A DNA stretch of 39,378 bases from a virus (taxonomy: Duplodnaviria > Caudoviricetes), in the IMG/VR virus record IMGVR_UViG_3300025835_000012, positions 1-39,378 of that record, one strand, 5' to 3'. Positions 26,299 through 36,647 of the stretch are shown piece by piece; position 1 is the first letter of the stretch, and the number at the start of each line of letters is the position of its first letter. A program made the translations under genes and the position numbers. Below the pieces are notes generated by a model. It was not told where the DNA came from. It made no database searches and worked only from the letters and a program-made list of their open reading frames with translations.

Positions 26299-29200
26299 AT
26301 GTCTGAACAAGAATTTCTCAAGAAGCTGAGTACAAAGTACAATACGCCGATTGTTCCGCCTGTCGTCGCGCCAAAGGTGAAATCAACGAACCAGCAAGGG
26401 ATGGCGACGTCTAGTACACCTACAAAGGTAAAAACAACAACTGCTGAATCGCTCAAGCAAGAACTCCGTGCGTTGCCGTTTGCTGCACGTGAAGCGCTGA
26501 GAAAGAACGCGTTTGTTGACCAGCAGGGGATGATCAACTTGCCGTCGATGGACGCGGAAGAGTTGGGGAAATTTGGAGGACTGAAATTCTCTGAACAAGA
26601 GTGGACTCAGAACTATGCGTCTGTCTACGCGGAAGGACAAACTATTGGTCCTGCAACGGGGACATACGAGAGATTGCCGGAGAATGTGTTTCCAGAGGAC
26701 CCGTATAGTGAAGAGTTTATTGTCCGAGGCGAAGCGGAGCGCAACGCCGCAGATCGTCGTACACGCGTACAACAAGCAGAACAACAGGCGGGACTTGGAT
26801 ATATTGATTTGCTTCGTAGTGCAAAGCCAGTCGAAGACCCATACCGTGCGTTTGCATGGAATGACCCGTTGTCGTATATCGACCAGATGTCTCGTGCTGG
26901 TGATGTGCTCAACCGTGCAACACGTCGTGCTGGTGTTGAAGCGGTCCGTGGGATAGCAGGTACAGTAGAAACAATTGCTGGAGAAAATCCGTATTTACAG
27001 TTCGCACGGAACTACGCTGAGCGTATCAATACAGATCTTGGCGTATTTATGAAGTCACGTCCGGATGTCTTCCAGAAATACGATACGCAGAAATCGTTTA
27101 TGGAAGGCGGCTATGCAGATCCAACGTATTATTTAGACGCGATTGGAAGTGCTGTTCCGCACATGGTTGGTGCGCTTGGTGCGTCTATCGCTGGTGCTGC
27201 CGCTACAGGAAGTCCTGTAGGTGGTGCTGTTGCTGCGTTTACGTACGGTGCGAGTGTCGAGACGGGAAGTATGTACAATGAGATGTTAGACCGTGGGTTT
27301 AACTTGGATCAAGCACGTACTGCTGCTGCGGTATATGGTAGTGTCGCCGGTGCGTTGGATAGTGTTGTACCGGGAGAGATTGGTGGAAAGATTATGTCGA
27401 TGAATGCACGAAAGATTATTGACGAAGCAGCACGACAAGAAGTAAAACGCGGTGTTCTTGGTATGGTAGGAAAAGGTGGTTTGACCATGTTAAAAGAAGG
27501 AACAACAGAAGCGATGCAGGAGCTTGCAAACAATGTCACGATTTCATTTTACGACAAGTCACAGTCATGGTGGGAGAATCTTCCTGACGCGTTTGTTGGT
27601 GGTATGGTAGGTGGAGCATTGTTTGGCGCTGTCGACGTTGCGACTGATGGGACGGTAGACACCAACCTTCGCAAACCACCGCTCCAAGGAGACGACGGTG
27701 CGCCTGTCCAGCAGGTATCTGCGGAACCTGTTGAACCTATTGGACAAGTAGAACCTACACCTGCGGGAACACCACGTGAATCCCTTGAACAAGAGATCAA
27801 TACATTGTTTAAATCTGCTCGTGCAGAGGAAGCTGCGATCCAGATTGGTGAGACGATTCTTGCACAAGACGGAGACAACGCGGTCATTGCAGAGGCAGTA
27901 CAAGACGCCCGTGAGTCACTCCGGAAGTATGACGCTGAAGCGAAGTTGATTCTGGAAAAGTATGCCCGGGACAGCGCACAACCTGTTGTCGCGAATGAGA
28001 ATGTCCAGATCACGCTTGGTACACTACCTGATGGGCGGTTTGTTGCGTCCGGAGACATCACTATTGATGGTACAGGGTACTCAGTACCCTTTGATGTCAC
28101 GAACGCACAGCAGATGAAAGGAGAGGCTATAGCGTCGGTAGTAACTGACATGAACACGTGGATGATCGACCAGCTTAGTACAGAGGGGATTACCAATGAT
28201 GCTGCGGTGAAGAACGTTGTGGACACGTTGTCGAACACAGACACGTTGTATAGTAATATGCAGGACTTTGTCGCTGCGAATCAAGAGGCAGTCTTGTATG
28301 CACAGGACGCGATGACCGCAGAGGACTTTCAAGCGACCATGCAAGACGTTGCGCCGATCAATGAGAATATCGACCTGAATACATTCTTCAAGAAAGCGAC
28401 GAGCGCTGATGCGGTGTACCTCACGAAGGCCGCTGCGAAACAAGTGGCACAGGATCTTGCTGGTGATCTCGGTGTAGAAGTCCGGTTTGTTGATGAGATA
28501 GCGACGAACAAGCGAGCGTTGGGACGGTTTGTGCAGGACGTCTACGGTGGAGTGGTACAGCCCGGAGGTGCGATAGAGATGCGTGCAGAGGGTGATCGTA
28601 CACAGACAGGTGACGCGGTGATCCGTATGAGTACACCATACCATGAAGCTGCGCACGCGTACTTCCGCACCCTGTTACTCCCTGAAGAGCAGAAAGCTAT
28701 TTTGGACGAGCTTCGTACAGAGAAACGCAAGGAAAGTATTTCTGATGCAGAGGCAGAAGAGATCCTTGTCGAGGACCTGAAGAACACCGTGTTCAAGAAA
28801 AAGAAACGTGAGACACGGTACGGGAAGATCCTTGCACGTTTGATCGAGCTGACAGAGCGTATGATAAAATGGCTTGGTTTTGATCCTATGAGTAAGGTTG
28901 ACCAGTTCTATGAAGACGTCTTATCTAAGAAGCGTCCTTCCGAGAAACGTGCCGCAACACTTGCACGTCGTCGTCAAGGACTCAACGATGTCCGACAGGA
29001 GTATTTTCAAGAGCCTACAAGACTCACGTCAAAGTATCTCAAGTTCAAAGAGATTGCAGGTAAGGAGTTTGTTTCCTATCAGCAGGCGATGAATGCGGTC
29101 AAGGGCGCAGGCTTGAAGCAGGCGGAGGCGGATATTATTACCGCTGTCCTGGAGACACAGTTCAAAGACCAGAAGAAGATCAGCGTTGCGAATCTGACGG

Positions 29201-32200
29201 ATGCTATCATTGGCGAACTTCTGCCCTTGAGGGTATTGGATGCTCCTACGTATGCGAAGTACGGGCTAGAGAATGTCGGCTTGCAGGATAGCGACGATGC
29301 CGTGACACATATTTACGAGACACCCGTACGTCATAATTATGGTGGCCATTTTGATTCTAATAGTCTATTCGGCCATACCCGTATTGCTGATAATGGTAAT
29401 ACTAGGGCGATAACGGAGGTGCAAAGTGACTTCTTCCAGAAGTTACGTGATGGTATACCAAGGTTGGCGACACTTGCTGTCCGTGTACGTAGGGACCAGG
29501 CGGCGGTGGATTACATCAAGAGTTACAAACCAAAGGACGGCAAAGACAGTTCCTATGATGTAGGGCGCGATCTGCTTGGTGTAATCGGGTACGATGATTT
29601 CCAGGTTATTAAAGATAAGAATGTTCCTGATATGCTCGCGGCAATCTTAAAGATCAAGGAGAGTGATCTTGAGTCAAGTCGTGAAGATCTTGATGCTCTG
29701 GAGAGCGGTCTAAAAACACTCGCACCGTATGCGAATATCTGGCACGAGCGTATGATTAAGGAGGAAATACGTCTTGCAGCTATAGATGGCATAAAGACGT
29801 TCCGTGTGCCAACTCCTCGGACTCTTGCTTCTATTGAAGGGTACGAGGGAACCACAACAGAGGTTCCTTACGACTACAATGACGAGGAATTTGTTGATGG
29901 TGTATTGCCATTAGGCGCTGTGATTAGTATGGACGGTGATGATTATTACGTTGTTGAGTCACGGGCGGATAATATGGTTGTTGTCCCGAAGAGTGTTATG
30001 ACAGAGGTTGAGAACAGCAATTCTTATTCTTTGGATGTACTTGGCGAGCAGTTTTTCTTTCCTCGAAATTATGCAGAGACAGTACCACAGCCTGCTTCTT
30101 ATGCAGCGGGCAAGGCGTTCAGTATTGATAATCTTCCGAGCCAGCAGATGGCGGTGGTAAACTTCTACCAGTCCAAAGTCAATCCATACTTCAAAAAGCT
30201 ACGCAAGGACGCTCGCGAGGTGACGGACGAAAACGGATTTACGTGGCTAGAGACTGATATTACAGCGGCAGATAATGCGGCGGTGGAGGCGTTTCAGACG
30301 GAGGAGCCGGTGATGTACCGTGGTGGAAAGATACAGTCTATAAGTGAACTTGATCTTACAGCAAGCGCTGATCTTGTTCGACAGGGCGTATTGAATCTTG
30401 GTAGTGTTTTTGCAGAAGGTCCCGGGTACTACTTTTCTTCAGACAAAGAAGACGCGAACCGTTATGGTGACGTTGTCCTTAAAGTGAAAGGCAAGGAAGG
30501 CGTGCGTATTCTCACAAAGGACGACAAGCTGACACAGCGAGAGGTAAGTCGGATATTAGATAGCATTGACGAAGAGGTACTAGAAGGTGCCGCAAGTAAT
30601 TGGTCGGAGAGTCTTTTCGCAGGGCGACAAGCATTGATGCGTGAGATTATGAACGGTGACAGCGCACTAGATCAGTTGATGTCCGTATGGGCGGATGTGT
30701 ACTACTGGCAGAACCCAGATCAGTTCCTAGAGGTGATGCAGAAAAACGGTATAGACGGTATTCGTGTAGATAAGCCGGGTGATGTACAGCACACCATTAT
30801 GTACAACAAGGAAGCATTGATCGAACTAGCTGATGAAGTCGAAGCCTTCCAAGAGTTTGACGAAGTAGAGATGCCCGGAGGACAGCTTGATCCTATGAAG
30901 CTCGTTGGATACCAGTCGTTCCAGCCGCTACACCAGCAGCACTATGTGGGTATAGCACGGGAGATTGTGGAGTCGACGAAACTTGCAAAGAACGGTGGCG
31001 ACGATCTAGTGCGTGCAGCAAACACGGTAGAACTTGCGTATAAATACGAAGAGTTCCTTTTGCGCACGTATGGGTTTGGATACGAGGACCGGTTGCGTAG
31101 TCTTCTGGATACGCTGGAAGGGAACGTAGAAATGTACATGAGTATGGAGGTAGATACATACGGTGATGGGAACAATGCTACATCGACGATTACTCCTGCA
31201 CGTGTTGCTTCGATTGCAAAGTACGTGGGTAAAAACCTTGGTACCCTTTCTCGTGCGTACCGTGCGGTAACAACACGCAAGGTTGTTGTGGGTGATATAA
31301 CTGATTTGCGCGACGTCCAGAGCACACTCGTGAGCTACGCTGCAAAACGTGGAGAAGTAGAACCTATTGTGAGACAGGCTATAGATGTGTTGAAAATCGT
31401 TGAGTCTATGATGGAAGACGCGTTGATTGATACGAGTGACTTGGATCAAGCATACGAGGGTGTGCAAAACATGGTGCAACGTGCGATGGGAGAGACTGGG
31501 CGAGTACGTCTCAATGCAATCAATGAAGAAGTCAACGCCCATAGTGTGGCGATGGACAAAGTGCGTAAACAAAGCGAGCGTACGGATATGGTGAAGAACC
31601 GGTTGTTGACGTTGCGCAAGAAACGTATCGAACGTGAAGAGTTGCGATTGGGGCGTTCACTGGAAAAGAATACGAAGCGCCGTATCCACCAGAATATTAT
31701 GAAGAACGGAGCGCCGTCTATCACGATGACACAGCGTGAGTTCTACGGTGCGCAGGCAAAGACCGCAGAAGAAGTAGCACGAGTGACGAAGAAGGAAATG
31801 CAGGCACAGTATCGGCTCGCGAAACAACGTGCAGACTTGATGCAGAAGATTGACAACGTGAAGAAGAAGTACAAAGCCGCGATCAAAGAAGGAAAACTGG
31901 TTGATGTACAGTATGCACAGACCATTCTTGACTTGTTTGATTCTTTCCAAAAATCACAGCCGTCACAAGCGACACTGGAGAAACTAGATGCTCTTTTAGA
32001 GATGCAGAAGAAAGCACAGTGGTCACAGGTTGGTACACACTACGAGAGTACGCAGGACGATAAGGAGTCTATCTTCACCAAGGAAGACGCACAGGCGATG
32101 GACGATTATATATCCGCAGTCCAGAAGCGTCTCACACAACGTGCGTTGAGTAGTATGACGAACGACGAGTTGTCGGAGTTGTACAACCATATCCAGTCGG

Positions 32201-34560
32201 TCATTGAAGAAGCACGGGTATCCTTCCAGATTGGGAAATACGTGAAAGAAGAAACAAGAAAAGCACGTATTGCAGCAGTAACGACGCAGACTGTATCGTT
32301 GGATGATAAGAAAATCACGCAGCTTGTTGAGAAAGCGTTTGGTGAATCGTATGGAAGAATGTCAGGGAACTTGAAGCAGAACGCGCAGGACTACCTTTTG
32401 GCGCCTGTTGTTGTTGATGAAATGGATGGAGGTAAGTTTGGACAAGGTGTGAATAGTGAGATGCTTCGTGACTTGAATCAAGGTGAGTACGCGTACAGTG
32501 AGGAGAAAGAACGATTTGCCAATGTCTTGATGCACAAGTACCACGAGCTTGGGTTACCGGAGAGTATGACGGAAGAAGAGCAGGCGTTTGTCTCATTGTA
32601 TATTCGTATGCGTGAAGAGAACGGACAGTTCCCTGCGCAGTTAATTCTTGATCAACATTTTGGCGGAGAAGTTCCTACACAAGCTGGTCGTTTGAACGCG
32701 TCGCAAGCAGAAGCGTTGGTCGATGCCTTACTAGAAACACGGGAAGAATTTGAGGTCACGAACCGTCAAGCTGGTACGTGGCAGGCTCGCACAAATAAAA
32801 TCTTCCCACGGGCGAAGAATTATATTATGAAAAGCGCGTTCAAAAATCCACCGAAAGACTGGGTAGATGCGGAAGACGGCGGCATAGATATGATGCAGAC
32901 GTTTGGACGTGGTGGTACAGGTGTATCTGATAAGTTCTCTTTGGAACGTCGTGCGGAGAATGAGAACCTTGTCCCACGCGTTGACTTTATGAATCTCTAC
33001 TTAGAGACGGTCGATCATGCGATGTGGTATATCCATATGCAGCCGTCGATTGATATGGTGCAGCAAGTGGTCGGGTCGAAAGAATACACGCAACAGGCGG
33101 GTAAAATTGCGAGTACATGGTGGAAGACAACGTTGATGTTGACTGCACAGCGTGGAGCACGCGTTGGCGCACGGAAGATCGCCGCAGTGGATAAGTTTCG
33201 CAGTAATGTCACGACGGGTATTCTTGCGTTCAAACTCAGTACAATCTTAATGCAAGGCACACAGCCTATTACCGCGTCATTGGTCGCATTACCGTATGTT
33301 GGCCCTCGTGGAGCTGCACGGATTTTGTTTGAGTCTATGAAGTCTATGATGCCCGGGTATGTGAAGCGTATGTCTGAACAGTCGGGAAGTGTTGTCGCTC
33401 GTGGTAGCACGATGGGGTCGTACGATGTACAAGATGCACGTCGACTGATGATGCGAGACAAAAACCGGGTACGAAACTTTGCTTCGACGACATTGAGTCA
33501 AGCGGCAGAATACGGTATGTGGACGATGCAACGGCTTGACGTTGGATTCTTTGCGGCAGCACGTGAAGGTGCGTACCAAGAACTTCTTGCACAAGGGAAG
33601 AGCGAAGAAGAAGCGGCACGTATGGCAGATTATATCGCAGAGGCGGGGAACAGTTCTGGCCTTGTCACGATGCGTCCGCACGTGTATTCCGATGGTAGCT
33701 ATACACGGCTTTTCTTGATGTTGCAGTCATTCTCTATCGGATGGTTTTCCACAATGAGTATGTTGGTACGTGGTACGGTTTCTTCTGGTAGCACTCGTCA
33801 ACGACTCTACGGCGCGGTGGCAGCACTTTCTGCACCGATACTACAGTCGATGTTCGCGGATCTTGTTGCTCAGTTGACACGTGGTGGAGATGATGAAGAA
33901 GAGAAGAACCTTGCACAGCGTCTTATGAGTGAGTACCTCTACAACGTGCCGTTGTTCGGTAGTGTCGCACGTGGCGTATTTGAGTACGGAAAGACAGAAA
34001 TGACGAACAGCGCCGCACTGAGCACACTCGGAAAACTGGTGGAAGGGTTGACTACTGCTATGAATACAGACGGAGAGCGACAAAAGAAAGCACTTATGCG
34101 TGCGTCGGAAGCGTTCTTTGTTTCTATGGGTATACCGTTTAGTGCGCAGGGGTTTGACTTACTAGAGCCTTTGTTGAAACGTCCGGACGAAGAAGTGAAA
34201 GATTTTTTACAAGAGAACGGTAAAAAACTTTTACATTCGACAGCGACAGATAGCGAGATTGACGACGCAGTAGAAAACGCGTACATGCGTGCGTATGGTG
34301 ATACACTCCCCGAGATGACAACGAGTCAAAAAACCGCAGCACGCAAGAGTGTCATAAAAGCAATGGCCGTTGCAGACAAGAATAAATACGTTGGCATGGT
34401 GGCCAAATCAACGAAGAACGACGACAAGGCACGTGTACTTCTTGAAGCAAAAGGCGCATTGAGTGTAGGTGAGTTTGATTCGATGGTAGAGCGGTTACAA
34501 GAACTTCGACTCCTCTCTGAAGATGGATATAAAAAATATCTTGAACTGCAATATAAGTAA
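26299..34560 (+). CDS. Giant (2753 aa) polyvalent ejection protein with zincin-like peptidase and ADP-ribosyltransferase-like modules
   Basis: Gly/Ala-rich hydrophobic N-terminal region; HEAAH at 28642-28656; EVQSD at 29416-29430; YRG...GPGYYFS...ANRYG...GIDGI at about 30310-30825; long helical C-terminus. Confidence 0.8.
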   Translation: MSEQEFLKKLSTKYNTPIVPPVVAPKVKSTNQQGMATSSTPTKVKTTTAESLKQELRALPFAAREALRKNAFVDQQGMINLPSMDAEELGKFGGLKFSEQEWTQNYASVYAEGQTIGPATGTYERLPENVFPEDPYSEEFIVRGEAERNAADRRTRVQQAEQQAGLGYIDLLRSAKPVEDPYRAFAWNDPLSYIDQMSRAGDVLNRATRRAGVEAVRGIAGTVETIAGENPYLQFARNYAERINTDLGVFMKSRPDVFQKYDTQKSFMEGGYADPTYYLDAIGSAVPHMVGALGASIAGAAATGSPVGGAVAAFTYGASVETGSMYNEMLDRGFNLDQARTAAAVYGSVAGALDSVVPGEIGGKIMSMNARKIIDEAARQEVKRGVLGMVGKGGLTMLKEGTTEAMQELANNVTISFYDKSQSWWENLPDAFVGGMVGGALFGAVDVATDGTVDTNLRKPPLQGDDGAPVQQVSAEPVEPIGQVEPTPAGTPRESLEQEINTLFKSARAEEAAIQIGETILAQDGDNAVIAEAVQDARESLRKYDAEAKLILEKYARDSAQPVVANENVQITLGTLPDGRFVASGDITIDGTGYSVPFDVTNAQQMKGEAIASVVTDMNTWMIDQLSTEGITNDAAVKNVVDTLSNTDTLYSNMQDFVAANQEAVLYAQDAMTAEDFQATMQDVAPINENIDLNTFFKKATSADAVYLTKAAAKQVAQDLAGDLGVEVRFVDEIATNKRALGRFVQDVYGGVVQPGGAIEMRAEGDRTQTGDAVIRMSTPYHEAAHAYFRTLLLPEEQKAILDELRTEKRKESISDAEAEEILVEDLKNTVFKKKKRETRYGKILARLIELTERMIKWLGFDPMSKVDQFYEDVLSKKRPSEKRAATLARRRQGLNDVRQEYFQEPTRLTSKYLKFKEIAGKEFVSYQQAMNAVKGAGLKQAEADIITAVLETQFKDQKKISVANLTDAIIGELLPLRVLDAPTYAKYGLENVGLQDSDDAVTHIYETPVRHNYGGHFDSNSLFGHTRIADNGNTRAITEVQSDFFQKLRDGIPRLATLAVRVRRDQAAVDYIKSYKPKDGKDSSYDVGRDLLGVIGYDDFQVIKDKNVPDMLAAILKIKESDLESSREDLDALESGLKTLAPYANIWHERMIKEEIRLAAIDGIKTFRVPTPRTLASIEGYEGTTTEVPYDYNDEEFVDGVLPLGAVISMDGDDYYVVESRADNMVVVPKSVMTEVENSNSYSLDVLGEQFFFPRNYAETVPQPASYAAGKAFSIDNLPSQQMAVVNFYQSKVNPYFKKLRKDAREVTDENGFTWLETDITAADNAAVEAFQTEEPVMYRGGKIQSISELDLTASADLVRQGVLNLGSVFAEGPGYYFSSDKEDANRYGDVVLKVKGKEGVRILTKDDKLTQREVSRILDSIDEEVLEGAASNWSESLFAGRQALMREIMNGDSALDQLMSVWADVYYWQNPDQFLEVMQKNGIDGIRVDKPGDVQHTIMYNKEALIELADEVEAFQEFDEVEMPGGQLDPMKLVGYQSFQPLHQQHYVGIAREIVESTKLAKNGGDDLVRAANTVELAYKYEEFLLRTYGFGYEDRLRSLLDTLEGNVEMYMSMEVDTYGDGNNATSTITPARVASIAKYVGKNLGTLSRAYRAVTTRKVVVGDITDLRDVQSTLVSYAAKRGEVEPIVRQAIDVLKIVESMMEDALIDTSDLDQAYEGVQNMVQRAMGETGRVRLNAINEEVNAHSVAMDKVRKQSERTDMVKNRLLTLRKKRIEREELRLGRSLEKNTKRRIHQNIMKNGAPSITMTQREFYGAQAKTAEEVARVTKKEMQAQYRLAKQRADLMQKIDNVKKKYKAAIKEGKLVDVQYAQTILDLFDSFQKSQPSQATLEKLDALLEMQKKAQWSQVGTHYESTQDDKESIFTKEDAQAMDDYISAVQKRLTQRALSSMTNDELSELYNHIQSVIEEARVSFQIGKYVKEETRKARIAAVTTQTVSLDDKKITQLVEKAFGESYGRMSGNLKQNAQDYLLAPVVVDEMDGGKFGQGVNSEMLRDLNQGEYAYSEEKERFANVLMHKYHELGLPESMTEEEQAFVSLYIRMREENGQFPAQLILDQHFGGEVPTQAGRLNASQAEALVDALLETREEFEVTNRQAGTWQARTNKIFPRAKNYIMKSAFKNPPKDWVDAEDGGIDMMQTFGRGGTGVSDKFSLERRAENENLVPRVDFMNLYLETVDHAMWYIHMQPSIDMVQQVVGSKEYTQQAGKIASTWWKTTLMLTAQRGARVGARKIAAVDKFRSNVTTGILAFKLSTILMQGTQPITASLVALPYVGPRGAARILFESMKSMMPGYVKRMSEQSGSVVARGSTMGSYDVQDARRLMMRDKNRVRNFASTTLSQAAEYGMWTMQRLDVGFFAAAREGAYQELLAQGKSEEEAARMADYIAEAGNSSGLVTMRPHVYSDGSYTRLFLMLQSFSIGWFSTMSMLVRGTVSSGSTRQRLYGAVAALSAPILQSMFADLVAQLTRGGDDEEEKNLAQRLMSEYLYNVPLFGSVARGVFEYGKTEMTNSAALSTLGKLVEGLTTAMNTDGERQKKALMRASEAFFVSMGIPFSAQGFDLLEPLLKRPDEEVKDFLQENGKKLLHSTATDSEIDDAVENAYMRAYGDTLPEMTTSQKTAARKSVIKAMAVADKNKYVGMVAKSTKNDDKARVLLEAKGALSVGEFDSMVERLQELRLLSEDGYKKYLELQYK

Positions 34561-34569
34561 GAGGATAAT

Positions 34570-34599
34570 GGCGGTAGCTTACTTACTACCGCCTTTTTT
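34570..34599 (+). terminator. Intrinsic terminator abutting the endolysin start codon
   Basis: GGCGGTAG-N8-CTACCGCC-TTTTTT, then ATG at 34600. Confidence 0.8.
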
Positions 34600-35271
34600 A
34601 TGGGGAGTACCAATAGACCATCATGGATCGTCGTCCACCATACTGCTGTATCGTACGATAAGAATCCAAGCCAACTCAGTGCGACGAACACCTTTCATAA
34701 AAACAAAGGGTTCCCGCAGTCGTCGCTTGGATTTTTTGTCGGGTATCACGCGATGGTAGAAAAAGACGGGCGTGTTATTATCACCCGCAAGGATAGTGAT
34801 ATAGGCGCACATACGTCGCAAGACAACATGAACTTTAACTCTGTGGCAATCTGTTTCACCGGGAACTTTGATAAGGAAGAACCAACACTGGAGCAGTGCA
34901 AGGCAGGACTATCGTGGATTAAAGGCAAGATGTCTAGCCTGCATATCCCCGCATCGAAAATCAAACCGCACCGGAACTGGGCGCCAAAGACGTGCTGGGG
35001 TAGCAAGGTCCCTGATGATATTATTTCTTATCTTGAACAACGTTGTATGGTCGTCGATGAAACACCTTCTTCTTGGGCGCTTCCTTCTTTTGCGAAAGCA
35101 GCAAAACTCGGCATGAGTGATGCACGTCCGAAAGAAGAAGTGGGGACAAGCCGTCTCCGGTTTATCCTCAATAAGTTGTATCAGAAACAGGTGATTGAAG
35201 AAAAAGACGCGCCTGTCACCTACGAAGAATATATCCACGCCCTCGACAAAGCGGGCGTATTACCTGCATAA
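34600..35271 (+). CDS. Endolysin, N-acetylmuramoyl-L-alanine amidase (Amidase_2, T7-lysozyme-like)
   Basis: IVVHHTA, GYH, GAH, N..SVAICFTGNF and PHR...KTCWG motifs; C-terminal SLH-like segment (SSWA...RPKE). Confidence 0.9.
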   Translation: MGSTNRPSWIVVHHTAVSYDKNPSQLSATNTFHKNKGFPQSSLGFFVGYHAMVEKDGRVIITRKDSDIGAHTSQDNMNFNSVAICFTGNFDKEEPTLEQCKAGLSWIKGKMSSLHIPASKIKPHRNWAPKTCWGSKVPDDIISYLEQRCMVVDETPSSWALPSFAKAAKLGMSDARPKEEVGTSRLRFILNKLYQKQVIEEKDAPVTYEEYIHALDKAGVLPA

Positions 35272-35274
35272 ACT

Positions 35275-35493
35275 ATGTTTCAAGAATTTCTCCAACTCTT
35301 CAAGGACAAAGAACTCGTTGAATTGCTGAAGACAGATAGCTTGATTATCGGAGGGCTGTTCATGTATGTCTTGTCCGGCGTGCTGTTCACGGACCGAGAG
35401 TACATATTCTCGCTGGTATACTTTGTGACGGGATCGTTCGTGATTTACCTTCGCACTCTGCGCAAACATGTTGAACGTCAACGCCAAAAGTAA
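35275..35493 (+). CDS. Putative holin (two TM helices, basic C-terminus)
   Basis: Two hydrophobic segments and a RTLRKHVERQRQK tail, next to the endolysin. Confidence 0.55.
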   Translation: MFQEFLQLFKDKELVELLKTDSLIIGGLFMYVLSGVLFTDREYIFSLVYFVTGSFVIYLRTLRKHVERQRQK

Positions 35494-36052
35494 CATCATT
35501 GTTTTAGGTGGTGCGTTCTCCACGGGGAAAAGCACGATGCTGGAACAGATCCAGTATGACTTTGGTGATAAGTACAATTATATTCTGGACGGTGGACGGG
35601 AGATGCTAGAACTGTACGCGAACGGTCGAACGCCGGAAGAGCTTGACGAATGTGAGTTGGAAGTCGTACAACGGGCTATTATGGCGTATTATCTCGACGC
35701 AGAACACAAAGCGATGCGTGACCCACGTACCACGATAGCGGACGGTTCTCTTGTGGAAGTGGCAGCTTACTCGCAGTTTATTCTTGGACCGCGTGACTTC
35801 CAGAGGTTGAACGCGGAGCTACGGTATCGGTCGTTCAAGAACATCTATACGTACATCAAGTTCCCTACCACGTTGCCCATAGAATACGACGGCGTGCGAC
35901 ATAGTGACTATGAACACCGTGAGCTTATTGATAAACGTATTGATCGTGTTTTGTCTAAGAATGATTTTGACGTTGTCCGTCTTGTATCAGATAATATGAT
36001 AGAACGGTACACTCAGATTCTCACGACGCTCGCTTTCCATGACTCCTATTGA
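35468..36052 (+). CDS. P-loop NTPase, AAA_28/NadR-like nucleoside or nucleotide kinase fold
   Basis: IVLGGAFSTGKST Walker A, IADGS and IEYDGVR motifs. Confidence 0.8.
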   Translation: MLNVNAKSNIIVLGGAFSTGKSTMLEQIQYDFGDKYNYILDGGREMLELYANGRTPEELDECELEVVQRAIMAYYLDAEHKAMRDPRTTIADGSLVEVAAYSQFILGPRDFQRLNAELRYRSFKNIYTYIKFPTTLPIEYDGVRHSDYEHRELIDKRIDRVLSKNDFDVVRLVSDNMIERYTQILTTLAFHDSY

Positions 36053-36308
36053 TTTCCTCAATGCCTACTGGCAGATCAGTGCGAGCCTGCTCACTTTTAT
36101 CATTGGATATTTCAAGTTACGCTATGACGTGGAAGCACTACAAAAGATCGCGATTGCACAGGATACGAAGATAGTTGCCCTTCAAGAAAACGATCAAGAT
36201 ATTATGATCAACATCGCGGCAATCAAGCAACAGATTGACAACACGTCAAACAATATCAACGATATACGCCGCGTGTTGGAGCGCCTCGACGAACGTCTCC
36301 ACAAGTAA
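36039..36308 (+). CDS. Membrane-anchored coiled-coil protein (lysis accessory or holin-like)
   Basis: N-terminal TM segment and heptad repeats; last gene of the rightward arm. Confidence 0.6.
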   Translation: MTPIDFLNAYWQISASLLTFIIGYFKLRYDVEALQKIAIAQDTKIVALQENDQDIMINIAAIKQQIDNTSNNINDIRRVLERLDERLHK

Positions 36309-36647
36309 GAGTTCAACGCGAGGGTTTGTTTTGTCTGTCTTGTAGATATGGATCGTTGATGCGATTTCTTTTCGTGTGTCGTTGCGCAGTACACCAGATT
36401 CGACAAGGCCGTCAAAGAAAAACTTTGTAGCAAACGAAACATTGTCCGGGTCCTTTCGTTCCGTTTTGGTATACCAAACGAAGACGGTATGGAGAGGGTA
36501 TCTGGTCAATGGATCAAAGTCTTGTGCTATATACTGCGCACGTGCTGTCTCTTCTTTCTTGATCTTTGCTCCTATGAACCGGTTGCGTCGTTCTGCGTTC
36601 ACGTATTCGTTGAGGGATATGTACTCCCCCGGGAATATGATCGTCAT
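36246..36647 (-). CDS. rusA: RusA-like Holliday junction resolvase
   Basis: SLNEY, KDPDNV...K...DGLVESGVLRND and NPRVE motifs. Confidence 0.85.
   Translation of the reverse strand: MTIIFPGEYISLNEYVNAERRNRFIGAKIKKEETARAQYIAQDFDPLTRYPLHTVFVWYTKTERKDPDNVSFATKFFFDGLVESGVLRNDTRKEIASTIHIYKTDKTNPRVELLLVETFVEALQHAAYIVDIV

Noticed and set aside
5776-35577. Many antisense and alternate-frame ORFs in the track within the rightward arm
   Set aside because: They shadow well-supported genes and have no recognisable motifs.
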